From: Candidatus Thermofontivivens primus
GTDB lineage: Bacteria; Sysuimicrobiota; Sysuimicrobiia; Sysuimicrobiales; Thermofontiviventaceae
Length of the DNA: 64,000 nt
Assembly (NCBI GenBank): GCA_031458695.1
Contig: JAVKJW010000003.1
Span: 64,001-128,000 of the forward strand
Direction of reading: 5' to 3'
The translations under genes were made by a program, and so were the position numbers. The notes beneath the pieces are model-generated. The model was not told the origin of the DNA, did not search any database, and was given only the letters and a program-made list of their open reading frames with translations. Positions 19,545 to 29,060 of the stretch are shown here, one piece after another (the stretch's first letter is position 1; the number at the start of each line of letters is the position of its first letter).

Positions 19545-20765
19545 ATGCGTACGCGAGGCATCAAAGCTGCGATCCTGGCGGCGACGCTGCTTGTGACAGT
19601 CCCGCTGTGGGCGGGGCCAGCCCGAGTGGGTACTCCCTACAAGATCGGGTTCATCGCCTCGATCACCGGTCCTGGGGCGAGCTTGGGGAAACCGGAGCGT
19701 GATGTGGCGCGCTTGATGCAGGAGCGCCTCAACCGCGAGGGCGGAATCGTGGGCACCGACGGTGTACGCCACGAGGTGCAGATCCTCATCAACGACGACC
19801 AGAGCCGTGCCGATACCGCAGCCAGCTTGGCCCGGCGGCTCATCGAGCAGGAGCAGGTCCACGTGCTCGTGGCCGGCACCCTCAGTGGCCCGAGCCTCGC
19901 CATGGTGCCCATCGCCACCGAGCTGCGCACTCCGATGATCTCCATGGCCTCGGCGCGCGCCATTATCGAGGACCCCGAGACCAAGCGCATGCGGCCGTGG
20001 ATCTTCAAGCCTGTGCCCGAGAATTTGCACTCTGCAGCCAAGCAGGCCGAGTACCTGAAGGCCATAGGCATCACCGGGGTCTGCCACCTTTATGAAAATA
20101 CCGCCTACGGGAAGGACACCTTCGAGAGCGCAAAGGTGGAGTTCGGCAAGGTAGGGATCCGCATCTTGTATGGCGACTCCTTCGACCGGTTCGCCACTGA
20201 GTTTCCGCAGGTCACGCGGGTGCGGGCGAGCGGGTGCAAGGCGGTGGTAATTGGGTCTATCCCGCCTGCCGCTGCTGTCATCAACGTGGCCGTTGCCGGG
20301 AGGGTGGGCCTGCGGAAAATCGTGCACGGGCACGGTGCGTGCAGCCCTGATCTGATCCGCACAGCGGGGGCGGCCGCAGAGGGGACGGTGATGCCCTGCG
20401 GCAAGATCTTGGTCGCAGACCAGCTCCCCGCCACGGACCCTGTGCGTCGCGTCAACCTGGAGTTGATCCAAGAGTACACGCGCATCACGGGCGGGGATCC
20501 CATCAGCACCTTCGCGGGGCACGCCTATGATGCGCTTCAGTGGGCTCTTCTGGCCCTACGGGAAGTGCCCGACGGTCTCCCCCTGGCCAGGGTGCGCGAG
20601 GCTGTGCGGGAGGCGCTGGAGGGCAAGATCAAGAACTACGTGGGAACTCACGGGGTGATGACGCTGAGCCCTGAAGATCACCTTGGGTTCAACCCCAAGG
20701 ACTTCGTCATCGTCACCGTCCGGGGAGGAAGGTTCGTCATCCTGCCGCGCGAGCAGTGGAAGTAG
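19545..20765 (+). CDS. Liv-type ABC substrate-binding protein (aromatic-acid binding type)
   Basis: Signal peptide; KIGFIASITGPGASLG, DDQS, TAYG, FAGHAYDA, SPEDHLG. Confidence 0.85.
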   Translation: MRTRGIKAAILAATLLVTVPLWAGPARVGTPYKIGFIASITGPGASLGKPERDVARLMQERLNREGGIVGTDGVRHEVQILINDDQSRADTAASLARRLIEQEQVHVLVAGTLSGPSLAMVPIATELRTPMISMASARAIIEDPETKRMRPWIFKPVPENLHSAAKQAEYLKAIGITGVCHLYENTAYGKDTFESAKVEFGKVGIRILYGDSFDRFATEFPQVTRVRASGCKAVVIGSIPPAAAVINVAVAGRVGLRKIVHGHGACSPDLIRTAGAAAEGTVMPCGKILVADQLPATDPVRRVNLELIQEYTRITGGDPISTFAGHAYDALQWALLALREVPDGLPLARVREAVREALEGKIKNYVGTHGVMTLSPEDHLGFNPKDFVIVTVRGGRFVILPREQWK

Positions 20766-20768
20766 GCC

Positions 20769-21830
20769 ATGTCCGAGCAGGGACTGCAGACGACAACAGG
20801 CGACCGGGGGATCCTACTGAGGCCAACCCGGGCGTCCCTGCAGCGCTTTGGGCGACAGGCAGCTCTGGTGGCGGTGATAGTGCTTGTGGGATTGTTCCTC
20901 GTGGGCATGGGGCACCGGGTTGGCTATGGTGCGGCGGATTATCTCCAGCTCCTGGTGGATGGATTGCAGATTGGGGCGGTGTACGCCCTGGTCGCCCTGG
21001 GGTTCGTGGTGGTGTACCGGGTCACCGGTGTCATCAACTTCGCCCAGGGTGCCTTCGTCATGCTCGGGCCCATGCTCACCATCACCCTATTCGGGAGCCT
21101 TTCTGGGAGCCCTGTCTTTCGCTTGGTGGTTTCCGCGCTCGGGGCGGTGCTCTTTGTGGCGGCTGTGGGGATGGCCATCCACCGGCTGACCCTACACCCT
21201 GCGCGGAAGGCCTCCGCGCTCACCCGGATCATCATCACCGTGGGGGTTTACATCTCCGTCCAAGGGATTGCGCTCATCGCTTGGGGACCGAGGCCCTACG
21301 TCCTTCCTGCCTTCACCACCCTCCAGATGGTCGACCGTCTGGTGGAGGTGGGCAGCATTATCATCCAGGCCCAGACCTTCTGGATCTGGGGGGTTGCCGT
21401 GGCGATGCTGGTCCTTCTGGCGCTGTTTTTTGAGCGTACTGTGGTGGGCAAGGCCATGCGGGCCTGCGCCGTCAACCGCATAGCAGCGCAGCTTATGGGG
21501 ATCCGGGTTGATCGGATGGCAACGCTAGCCTTCGGATTGGCAGCCGTGCTAGGGGCAGTGGCCGGGATCGTCCTGAGCCCGGCCACCCGCCCCACTTATG
21601 ACATGGGACTGGAACTGGGCTTGAAGGGATTTGTGGCGGCCATCATGGGAGGGCTCGTGAGCTTTCCCGGCGCCGTCGTGGGCGGCATTGCCCTGGGTAT
21701 TTTGGAGAGCCTGTGGGGAGGCGTCACCCTCGCGGGGTTCAAGGACCTGTTTGCCTTCCTCATGCTCATCCTCTCGTTGCTCTTCTGGCCCCAGGGCATC
21801 CTGGCGGGAAAGGGGGAGGGGGGTTCCTGA
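20769..21830 (+). CDS. Liv-type ABC permease (LivH-like)
   Basis: YALVALGF, GVINFAQG, KGFVAAIMGGL, PQGI. Confidence 0.9.
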   Translation: MSEQGLQTTTGDRGILLRPTRASLQRFGRQAALVAVIVLVGLFLVGMGHRVGYGAADYLQLLVDGLQIGAVYALVALGFVVVYRVTGVINFAQGAFVMLGPMLTITLFGSLSGSPVFRLVVSALGAVLFVAAVGMAIHRLTLHPARKASALTRIIITVGVYISVQGIALIAWGPRPYVLPAFTTLQMVDRLVEVGSIIIQAQTFWIWGVAVAMLVLLALFFERTVVGKAMRACAVNRIAAQLMGIRVDRMATLAFGLAAVLGAVAGIVLSPATRPTYDMGLELGLKGFVAAIMGGLVSFPGAVVGGIALGILESLWGGVTLAGFKDLFAFLMLILSLLFWPQGILAGKGEGGS

Positions 21831-22891
21831 TGCGAAAGGGGTCCCCAGATACTTGGGCGTTCGCCGGTGCGGTGGGTGTGGTGCTCCTCCTGGGATGGCT
21901 AGAGCTCAGAAGGCCAGGAGGGGTGTCGATCGCGCGCATCAGCGGCGGGCTCCTCACCATTGACCTATTGATCCGTGCAGGCATCTTCACCATCATCCTC
22001 GTCGGCCTCAACCTCTTGATGGGCTATGCTGGCCAGGTCTCCTTGGGCCAGGCGGCCTTTTACGGGATGGGCGCCTACTTCTCCGCCATCCTCACCGTCA
22101 AGGCGGCGGTGCTGGGGATCTCTCCTGCTGTAGCCAGGGCGTGGTGGTGGCCCTGGTTTGTGATGGGGGGTGCAGCCGTCCTGGTAGGAGTGTTTAGCTT
22201 CCTCATCGGGTGGGTGATCCTGCGGTTGCGGGGCCACTACTTGGCCATGGCTACGTTGGGCCTCGGCATCATGGTGTACATCGTCTTGCGGGAGAATTTG
22301 GGGATCCCCCAGCTCAACCTCACAGGAGGTTTTGACGGCATTGTGGATATCCCCCGACTCCACCTTGGGGCATTTGCCCTATGGCCAGAGTCTCGGTACT
22401 ACTTCCTGGTGTGGGCGGTAGCGCTTGCCACGATTGTCTTGGGATTGAACGTCGTCCACTCCCCGGTGGGGCGGGCACTGCGGGCCATTCACGGGAGCGA
22501 GGCAGCCGCGGAGAGTGTAGGGATCGTGGTTCCCCTGCTCAAGGCGCAGATTTTTGCGTTGAGCGCATCCCTGGCCTCGCTGGCCGGGAGCCTCTATGCC
22601 CACTTCCAGGCGGCGGTGGTGCCTGACACCTTTGGGTTTGTCCCCTCCCTCGAGCTCGTAGTCATGTCCGCCATTGGCGGCATGGCCAGCATTTGGGGGG
22701 CTCCCTTAGGCGTGCTGGCCGTGCTGCTCATCCAGGAGCTGTTGCGCACCCACGTCCTGGGGCTTATTCCTGCGGTGACAGCCGAGATGGAGCCGGTGAT
22801 CTTCGGGGCGCTCCTTGTGCTCATCATGATGTTCTGGCCTGGCGGGCTCGTCAGTAGCCGCCGGAGGCGCCCAGTGTGGGGGGAGCGGTGA
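21830..22891 (+). CDS. Liv-type ABC permease (LivM-like)
   Basis: TGATG coupling; NLLMGYAGQVSLGQAAFYG, LRLRGHYLAMATL. Confidence 0.9.
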   Translation: MRKGSPDTWAFAGAVGVVLLLGWLELRRPGGVSIARISGGLLTIDLLIRAGIFTIILVGLNLLMGYAGQVSLGQAAFYGMGAYFSAILTVKAAVLGISPAVARAWWWPWFVMGGAAVLVGVFSFLIGWVILRLRGHYLAMATLGLGIMVYIVLRENLGIPQLNLTGGFDGIVDIPRLHLGAFALWPESRYYFLVWAVALATIVLGLNVVHSPVGRALRAIHGSEAAAESVGIVVPLLKAQIFALSASLASLAGSLYAHFQAAVVPDTFGFVPSLELVVMSAIGGMASIWGAPLGVLAVLLIQELLRTHVLGLIPAVTAEMEPVIFGALLVLIMMFWPGGLVSSRRRRPVWGER

Positions 22892-23664
22892 TGGACGCAC
22901 TCCTCGAGGTGCGTGAGGTCAGCAAGTCCTTCGACGGGCTCGTTGCCCTGGCGGAGGTGACGCTTTGTATCCACCCAGGGCAGATCAAAGGGCTCATCGG
23001 GCCCAACGGGGCTGGGAAGACCACGCTCTTTAACCTCATTGCGGGAACCTTAGTGCCTACTGCAGGAGATATCCGCTTCCGGGGCCAGTCCATCGTTGGC
23101 CTTCCACCATACCGCATCGCGCACCTGGGCATCTCCCGCACCTTCCAGAACGTGCAGATTTTCCCTGGGATGACCGTCCTCGAGCACGTGCTTGTGGGGC
23201 TACACCGCTATACCCTAAGCGGGGTGCTCGCCGCTGCCGCGCGCACGAGGAGGATCAAGGGGACCGAGGCCGCGCTGCGCGAGAGGGCTTGCGCTCTCCT
23301 GGACAAGCTGGGTCTCGCGGCGTGGGCGGATACACCTGTGGACAGCTTGCCCTTTGGACTCCAACGGATGGTGGAGCTGGCGCGGGCGCTGGCTACCTCC
23401 CCACAGCTTTTGCTCCTCGACGAACCTGGAGCTGGGCTGAACCCCACCGAGAAGGCTGCCGTCAGCCAGTTGATCCGCAAGATACGGGACGAAGGGGTGA
23501 CCGTCTTCCTGGTCGAGCACGACATGCAGATGATGATGGGGCTTGCTGATGAAGTGGCTGTGCTGGATCACGGGATGCTGCTGGCGGAGGGGCCGCCAGT
23601 AGAGGTCCAGCGCGACCCGCAGGTGATCGCCGCGTACCTGGGGGAGGCTGACGATGTTGCTTGA
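22891..23664 (+). CDS. Liv-type ABC ATPase (LivG-like)
   Basis: [32 protein letters not shown]. Confidence 0.92.
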   Translation: MDALLEVREVSKSFDGLVALAEVTLCIHPGQIKGLIGPNGAGKTTLFNLIAGTLVPTAGDIRFRGQSIVGLPPYRIAHLGISRTFQNVQIFPGMTVLEHVLVGLHRYTLSGVLAAAARTRRIKGTEAALRERACALLDKLGLAAWADTPVDSLPFGLQRMVELARALATSPQLLLLDEPGAGLNPTEKAAVSQLIRKIRDEGVTVFLVEHDMQMMMGLADEVAVLDHGMLLAEGPPVEVQRDPQVIAAYLGEADDVA

Positions 23665-24406
23665 GGTGCAAGAACTCCAGGCTGGGTACGGGCGCTTGCA
23701 GGTCCTCCACGGGGTGACGCTTTCGGTTCCTCCGGGGAGCGTCGCCGCCGTGATCGGGGCCAATGGCGCAGGGAAGACCACGTTGCTGCGCGCCATCTCC
23801 GGGCTCCTTTGTCCTACATCCGGCCGGGTGGCCTTCGACGGGCAGGTCATCACAGGTTGGCCTCCCGAGCGCATTGTGGAGTGCGGCATCGTCCATGTAC
23901 CCGAGCGTCGGCAGCTGTTTGGCTCCATGCGAGTGGAGGACAATCTTTTGCTAGGAGCCTATCTGCGCTTGCGCAGGGAGCCATGGAGGGCTATCCAGGC
24001 GGATCTGGAGCGCGTGTACGATCTCTTTCCCAGGCTGCGCGAGCGGCGGCGGCAGGTGGCCGCGACGCTGTCTGGAGGCGAGCAACAGATGGTGGCCATT
24101 GGGCGTGCGTTGATGGCGCGCCCGAGGCTCTTGCTCCTGGACGAGCCCTCGCTCGGGCTGGCTCCGCTCCTGGTGCGGGAGTTCTTCCGGGTAGTCGAGG
24201 AGCTGCGGGCCCAAGGGTATACCATCCTGCTGGTGGAGCAGAACGCCCGGCAGGCCCTGCGCGTCGCCGACGTGGCTTACGTCATGGAGACTGGCCGCAT
24301 TACCACACAGGGCCTTGGCCGCGAGCTCCTGAACGTTCCGGAAGTCCAGGCGGCGTACCTCGGAATGGACGCGGGCCAAGCGAGGGAGTTGACTGTGATG
24401 AAGTGA
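23654..24406 (+). CDS. Liv-type ABC ATPase (LivF-like)
   Basis: [31 protein letters not shown]. Confidence 0.92.
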   Translation: MLLEVQELQAGYGRLQVLHGVTLSVPPGSVAAVIGANGAGKTTLLRAISGLLCPTSGRVAFDGQVITGWPPERIVECGIVHVPERRQLFGSMRVEDNLLLGAYLRLRREPWRAIQADLERVYDLFPRLRERRRQVAATLSGGEQQMVAIGRALMARPRLLLLDEPSLGLAPLLVREFFRVVEELRAQGYTILLVEQNARQALRVADVAYVMETGRITTQGLGRELLNVPEVQAAYLGMDAGQARELTVMK

Positions 24407-24438
24407 CAAAGTGACAGGGTGAGAAGGTAACACGTGAC
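24395..24438 (+). repeat. Degenerate 8-bp tandem repeat (GTGACAAA-like)
   Basis: GTGATGAA GTGACAAA GTGACAGG GTGAGAAG GTAACAC GTGAC spanning the livF-like stop. Confidence 0.6.
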
Positions 24439-24463
24439 TACGCAGGATGGGAAGGGGTCCCTG

Positions 24464-25696
24464 ATGGGGAAGGTGCTGGAGGGCATCCGGGTGTTGGACC
24501 TTACCCAAGGAGCGGCTGGCCCTGTGTGCACACAGCTTCTGGGAGACTTCGGCGCCGATGTGATCAAGATCGAGCCCCCGGAAGGGGATTGGGGAAGAGG
24601 TCTCGGGCCGCCGTTTATTCGTCTCAGGGGAGGGACAGGCAAAGCCGTTGCTGCTGCATATGTGGGGATGAACCGCAACAAGCGCAGCATCGTGGTAGAC
24701 CTGAAACGACCAGGAGGGAGGGAGGTGATCCACCGCCTGGTTCATGGCGCGGACGTGTTCGTGGAGAGCTTCCGCCCGGGAGTGGCCGCCCGCCTGGGGA
24801 TCGACGATCGCACGTTACTGGATATTAACCCTAGGCTGGTCTACTGCGCGATCTCCGCGTTCGGCCAGAAGGGACCGTGGCGGGACAAACCTGGTGTGGA
24901 TGGGGTCGTCCAGGCGATGAGCGGGCTGATGAGCGTGACAGGGACTGAGGAGGGGCCGCCTGTCAAGGTAGGAGTTCCTGCTGCGGACATGGTGGGAGGG
25001 TTCCTGGCTGCGATAGGGATCCTCCTCGCGCTCCTGGCAAGGGAGCGAACCCAAAAGGGGCAGAAGGTCGACCTCGCCCTTCTCAATGCCCTCCTCGCAT
25101 TTCAGACCGTTCCGCTCGCGATGTACCTCGCATCCGGGGAACCTCCGAAGCGCATGGGAAGCGCCGCGCCCTATGCAGCCCCGAACGAGGCTTTCCCCAC
25201 GAAGGACGGGTATATTATGGTGGCGGCTTATTCTCCGGAGCGGTGGCGGAAGTTGTGCGAGGTGCTGGGATGTCCCGACCTCGCCAACGACCCACGGTTC
25301 CAGGACAACGAGGGGCGGGTGCGGAACCGTGGGGCGCTCCAGGAGACGCTTGCGCCCATTTTCCGCCAACGGACGACGAACGAGTGGGTGCGCATCCTGG
25401 AGGACGCGGATATTCTCTGCGGTCCCATCCTGGACTATCCGCAACTGGTCTCCCAGCTTCAGGTCAGGACAAACGAGATGATCGTGGAGTTGTTCCATCC
25501 TGAGATGGGGACGGCCGCCAGCGTGGGGATCCCCATCAAGCTTACAGAGACCCCAGGTACGATCCGGCGACCTCCTCCTCTGCCGGGGGAGCACACTTTG
25601 GAGATTCTCCGGGAGGCAGGGTTCAGCGACGTGGAGATCGAGGAGCTTGCTCGGAACGGGGTGATCCACATCTGGAGAACAAACGTGGAGGTGTGA
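24464..25696 (+). CDS. Class III (CaiB/BaiF) CoA-transferase
   Basis: LEGIRVLDL, GADVIKIEPP.GD, NRNKRS, SFRPG, catalytic-Asp region ADMVGG, PPLPGEHT; alternative start 24434. Confidence 0.92.
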   Translation: MGKVLEGIRVLDLTQGAAGPVCTQLLGDFGADVIKIEPPEGDWGRGLGPPFIRLRGGTGKAVAAAYVGMNRNKRSIVVDLKRPGGREVIHRLVHGADVFVESFRPGVAARLGIDDRTLLDINPRLVYCAISAFGQKGPWRDKPGVDGVVQAMSGLMSVTGTEEGPPVKVGVPAADMVGGFLAAIGILLALLARERTQKGQKVDLALLNALLAFQTVPLAMYLASGEPPKRMGSAAPYAAPNEAFPTKDGYIMVAAYSPERWRKLCEVLGCPDLANDPRFQDNEGRVRNRGALQETLAPIFRQRTTNEWVRILEDADILCGPILDYPQLVSQLQVRTNEMIVELFHPEMGTAASVGIPIKLTETPGTIRRPPPLPGEHTLEILREAGFSDVEIEELARNGVIHIWRTNVEV

Positions 25697-25699
25697 ACC

Positions 25700-26485
25700 A
25701 TGGGAGAACCAGTCCTCTATTCCCAGGAGGAGGCGGTGGGAGTCATCACCCTCAACCGTCCCGAGGCACTCAACGCCCTGACGGTGGAGATGCTTGACCT
25801 TCTCGACACGTACCTCGACAAGGTGGAGGGAGATGGGACGGTGCGATCCGTAATTCTTACGGGGGCGGGCGAGAAAGCCTTCTGCGTTGGTGCTGATCTC
25901 AAGGCACGTATGCAGGAGTATGAGGAGGCTGTTGCCGAGGATCCCATGGCCATTCGTGTCCGTCGCATCTTCCGCCGTATCGAGACCATCGGAAAGCCAT
26001 TCATTGCCGCTATCCATGGCTATGCGTTAGGAGGCGGGCTAGAGCTTGCCCTAGCCTGTGATTTGCGGGTTGCCTCGGAGGCAGCGAAGTTTGGGTTCCC
26101 CGAAGCAAACGTGGGGAGCATGCCCGGGGCAGGGGGGACGCAAAGACTGGCACGGCTCGTTGGCCCTGCCAAGGCCAAGGAACTCATGTTCACGGGGGAG
26201 CGCATTGACGCCCAGGAGGCCTATCGCATTGGGCTCGTGAATAGAGTCGCTCCCGTGGATCGCTACCTGGAGGAGGCGAAGTCCCTAGCCCAGACTATGG
26301 CGCACAAAGCGCCCTTGTCGATCCGCTACATCAAGATGGCTGTGAACCTAAGCCAGGACGTGGACCTGGAGACGGGGCTAGCATTTGAGCAGAACTGTCA
26401 CGCTATCCTCCGGCACAGTGAGGATCGCAAGGAAGGGATCAAGGCGTTCCTGGAAAAGCGGGAGCCGCACTTTATAGGGAGATAA
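25700..26485 (+). CDS. Enoyl-CoA hydratase (both catalytic Glu present; candidate BbsH-like)
   Basis: [41 protein letters not shown]. Confidence 0.9.
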   Translation: MGEPVLYSQEEAVGVITLNRPEALNALTVEMLDLLDTYLDKVEGDGTVRSVILTGAGEKAFCVGADLKARMQEYEEAVAEDPMAIRVRRIFRRIETIGKPFIAAIHGYALGGGLELALACDLRVASEAAKFGFPEANVGSMPGAGGTQRLARLVGPAKAKELMFTGERIDAQEAYRIGLVNRVAPVDRYLEEAKSLAQTMAHKAPLSIRYIKMAVNLSQDVDLETGLAFEQNCHAILRHSEDRKEGIKAFLEKREPHFIGR

Positions 26486-26493
26486 CCAGACCA

Positions 26494-26538
26494 CGTTTAT
26501 CGCGTTTGTTGCGTTTATCGCGTTTATTGCGTATGTGG
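26494..26538 (+). repeat. 9-bp tandem repeat x5 (CGTTTATCG-like)
   Basis: CGTTTATCG CGTTTGTTG CGTTTATCG CGTTTATTG CGTATGTGG; partial inverted copy ACGCAATAA at 26574-26582. Confidence 0.8.
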
Positions 26539-26624
26539 CGCCGATACCTCATAGATGATTCTATGATGATTTGACGCAATAAGCCGCAATGGGCGGCAAT
26601 CTAGTACAGCGGGAGGGATTTATC

Positions 26625-27371
26625 GTGGGAGTGAAAGGACGTGTGGCAGTAGTCACTGGAGCAGGTCAGGGAATTGGCGAGGGTATTGCCAGGCGATTGG
26701 CGGCTGAGGGCGCCAAGGTCGTGGTTAACGACATCGTTGCCGAGAAGGCGGAATCTGTGGCTGCAGGGATCCAAGCAGAGAACAGTGAGGCCATGGCTGT
26801 TGTGGCCGATGTGAGCTGGAAAGCAGGTGCCGAAGAGCTGATTCGGCGGACAATCGAGAGATTCGGCCGGGTGGACATCCTGGTGAACAACGTGGGGATC
26901 GCCCGGGATCGCTGGATGGTAAAAATGTCGGAGGAGGACTGGGATGATGTCCTGCGGGTGAATCTCAAGTCCCATTTCCTCTGCTGCCAAGCGGCCGTCC
27001 CCCACATGATGGAGCAGAAGTATGGGCGGATTGTGAACATCTCCTCAAGGGCGTGGCTGGGGAACCCTGGGCAGGTGAACTATGCTGCGAGCAAAGGCGG
27101 CGTGGTGAGCCTCACCCGAACCCTGGCCTTGGAGCTGGCCAAGTTTGGGATCACGGTGAACTGCATTGCACCGGCGCTCATCGACACGCCGCTCTTTCGG
27201 AGCCTAAAGGAAGAGATCCAGGAGAAGCTTTTGCAGACTGTGCCCGTGGGGCGGATCGGGACGCCAGCCGATGTTGCACATGCAGTGCTGTTCTTCGCCT
27301 CCGACGAGGCCAGCTACATCACGGGCCAGATCCTATACGTGTGCGGCGGCCGGAGCTTAGGTAGCTACTAA
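26625..27371 (+). CDS. Short-chain dehydrogenase/reductase, BbsD-like (hydroxyacyl-CoA dehydrogenase)
   Basis: TGAGQGIG, NNVG, YAASK; SSRAWLG and GQILYVCGGRSL match BbsD as I recall it; start 26589/26625/26631 uncertain. Confidence 0.85.
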   Translation: MGVKGRVAVVTGAGQGIGEGIARRLAAEGAKVVVNDIVAEKAESVAAGIQAENSEAMAVVADVSWKAGAEELIRRTIERFGRVDILVNNVGIARDRWMVKMSEEDWDDVLRVNLKSHFLCCQAAVPHMMEQKYGRIVNISSRAWLGNPGQVNYAASKGGVVSLTRTLALELAKFGITVNCIAPALIDTPLFRSLKEEIQEKLLQTVPVGRIGTPADVAHAVLFFASDEASYITGQILYVCGGRSLGSY

Positions 27372-27486
27372 AGTAAAGGAGCGAGGTGTCAGGAGTAAGC
27401 TCCTGCGGTGAATGTCAAGGAAAATTTTTGAAGCTGTAGCCTTAGAGCGAGTGAAATACTTTTCGCCTCGAAAGGAGGCTAGAAGT

Positions 27487-28509
27487 ATGAGGAGGACACG
27501 GGCAGTGCTGTTCGGGAGCATCCTCTTACTGGCGCTTCTCGCGGTCCCAGCAGGCATTGCCGCTCCAAAGAAGGAGGTGAAGATCGCCATCGGCCCGCCC
27601 GCTGTGGTGGGATACCTCCCCGTGTACGTCGCCCAGGGCTTGAGGTACTTCCAGGAGCTCGCAAGGAGAACAGGAATTCAAGTACGGTTCCTAGACTTCC
27701 GCGGGGGAACAGAAGCGGCTACGGCTCTGATTACTGGTGATGTGGACTTCGCCACCGTGACCTTAACACACGTGGTAAAGGCCCAGGAGAAAGGGAAGGA
27801 TCTTAAGTTCCTCCTCACTTTCTTCAACGCCCAGGCGATGGCGATGATCGTGCAGCCTGACGTGCGCGTCGAGACACCTACCCAGCTCCAGGGAATGCGC
27901 ATTGGAGTGACAAGCCTGGGTTCTGCCACTCATATGCAGGCGCGGCACATCCTGCGCTATTTCAAGGCGAATCCCGACGCGGCGCAGTACATCGCAGTAG
28001 GCGGGCCATCCACTGCCTTGGCTGCCTGGAAGCGGCGGGCAGTGGATGCCATGGTATACCTAGACCCTCTCGTTACGACCTTAGTTTCGGAAGGATCGGC
28101 GCGCCTCTTCTATGACGTGCGCACGGTGGAAGGAACCGTCCGCTTGTATGGGGCCCCCTACATTAGCAGCGGGCTCCTGACCAGGGCGGACGTGATCGTT
28201 CGTGAGCCGCGTCTGGTACAGGAAATCGTGAATGTTTTCGTCCGTACCCTCCGGTGGTTGCGGGCACAACGCCTGCGGCCGGAGGTCATCGCTGGCGTTC
28301 TTCCCAAGGAGCTTGGGTGGACGCCGGAGGTGATCCGGGCGAATTTGAGCGGGCTCTCCGCCGACGGCAGGGTGCTTCCGGAGGCTGTGGAAACGGTGGT
28401 CCGATCCCTGGTGGACGATGGACTTCTCAGCCGGGACTTCAAACCGAGCTTCGAGCGGCTTGTCGACCAGAGGTTCGTGCAACAGGCCATCCTCAGCGTT
28501 CAACAGTAA
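27487..28509 (+). CDS. NitT/TauT-family ABC substrate-binding protein
   Basis: Signal peptide; YLPVYVAQGLRYF, GGTEAATALITGDVD, RIGVTSLGSATH. Confidence 0.85.
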   Translation: MRRTRAVLFGSILLLALLAVPAGIAAPKKEVKIAIGPPAVVGYLPVYVAQGLRYFQELARRTGIQVRFLDFRGGTEAATALITGDVDFATVTLTHVVKAQEKGKDLKFLLTFFNAQAMAMIVQPDVRVETPTQLQGMRIGVTSLGSATHMQARHILRYFKANPDAAQYIAVGGPSTALAAWKRRAVDAMVYLDPLVTTLVSEGSARLFYDVRTVEGTVRLYGAPYISSGLLTRADVIVREPRLVQEIVNVFVRTLRWLRAQRLRPEVIAGVLPKELGWTPEVIRANLSGLSADGRVLPEAVETVVRSLVDDGLLSRDFKPSFERLVDQRFVQQAILSVQQ

Positions 28510-28527
28510 AGACAGGGGGAGAAAGAG

Positions 28528-28965
28528 ATGTCGGACGCAAACGTTGCCTCTCAGGCATATGTGCCTTTCCGCCAGGGGCTCTTCCGGTTTGAGGAGGGCG
28601 TGGGAGAGCTTCTTGGGGGTCGATGTCGTCATTGTGGGACCTGGTACTTCCCAAGCCGGCGAGTGTGCGCGAAATGCCTTTCCCAGAAGATCGAGGTCCT
28701 GCCTCTGAGCAAGCAAGGCACAGTGTATACCTACACCACTATCTATCAATCCACGCCGGAGTTCCAGGTTCCCTACATCCTGGTTTATGTGGACCTTCCA
28801 GAGGGAGTGCGGGTGCTGGCCCAGCTCACCCAGTGCTCCCCCGAAGCGGTACGCATTGGCATGCCCGTGGAGGTTGTGTTTGAAGAGGTAGGACGAGACC
28901 AGGAGGGCCGTGCGATCATCGGGTACCGGTTTCGTCCAGTGGGCCCATGGGTCCGTGAGTCGTGA
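28528..28965 (+). CDS. Zn-ribbon/OB-fold (DUF35) thiolase partner, BbsA-like
   Basis: CRHC...CAKC zinc ribbon; GTVYTYT, PYILVYVDLPEGVRVLAQL, IIGYRF. Confidence 0.88.
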   Translation: MSDANVASQAYVPFRQGLFRFEEGVGELLGGRCRHCGTWYFPSRRVCAKCLSQKIEVLPLSKQGTVYTYTTIYQSTPEFQVPYILVYVDLPEGVRVLAQLTQCSPEAVRIGMPVEVVFEEVGRDQEGRAIIGYRFRPVGPWVRES

Positions 28966-28980
28966 ATCGTGAGTCGTGGT
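28953..28980 (+). repeat. 7-bp tandem repeat x4 (TCGTGAG-like)
   Basis: CCGTGAG TCGTGAA TCGTGAG TCGTGGT across the stop codon. Confidence 0.7.
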
Positions 28981-29060
28981 TTCTATAATGAGCTAAAAAC
29001 CAAGATAAACGTGACAAACAAAAGGACAAGGCCGGGTAACGTAGATCGGGAGGCGATCCT

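Noticed and set aside
27465..27479. GCCTC-GAAAG-GAGGC hairpin covering the SD of the NitT/TauT binding-protein gene
   Set aside because: Only a 5-bp stem in GC-rich sequence; too likely by chance to call a regulatory RNA.
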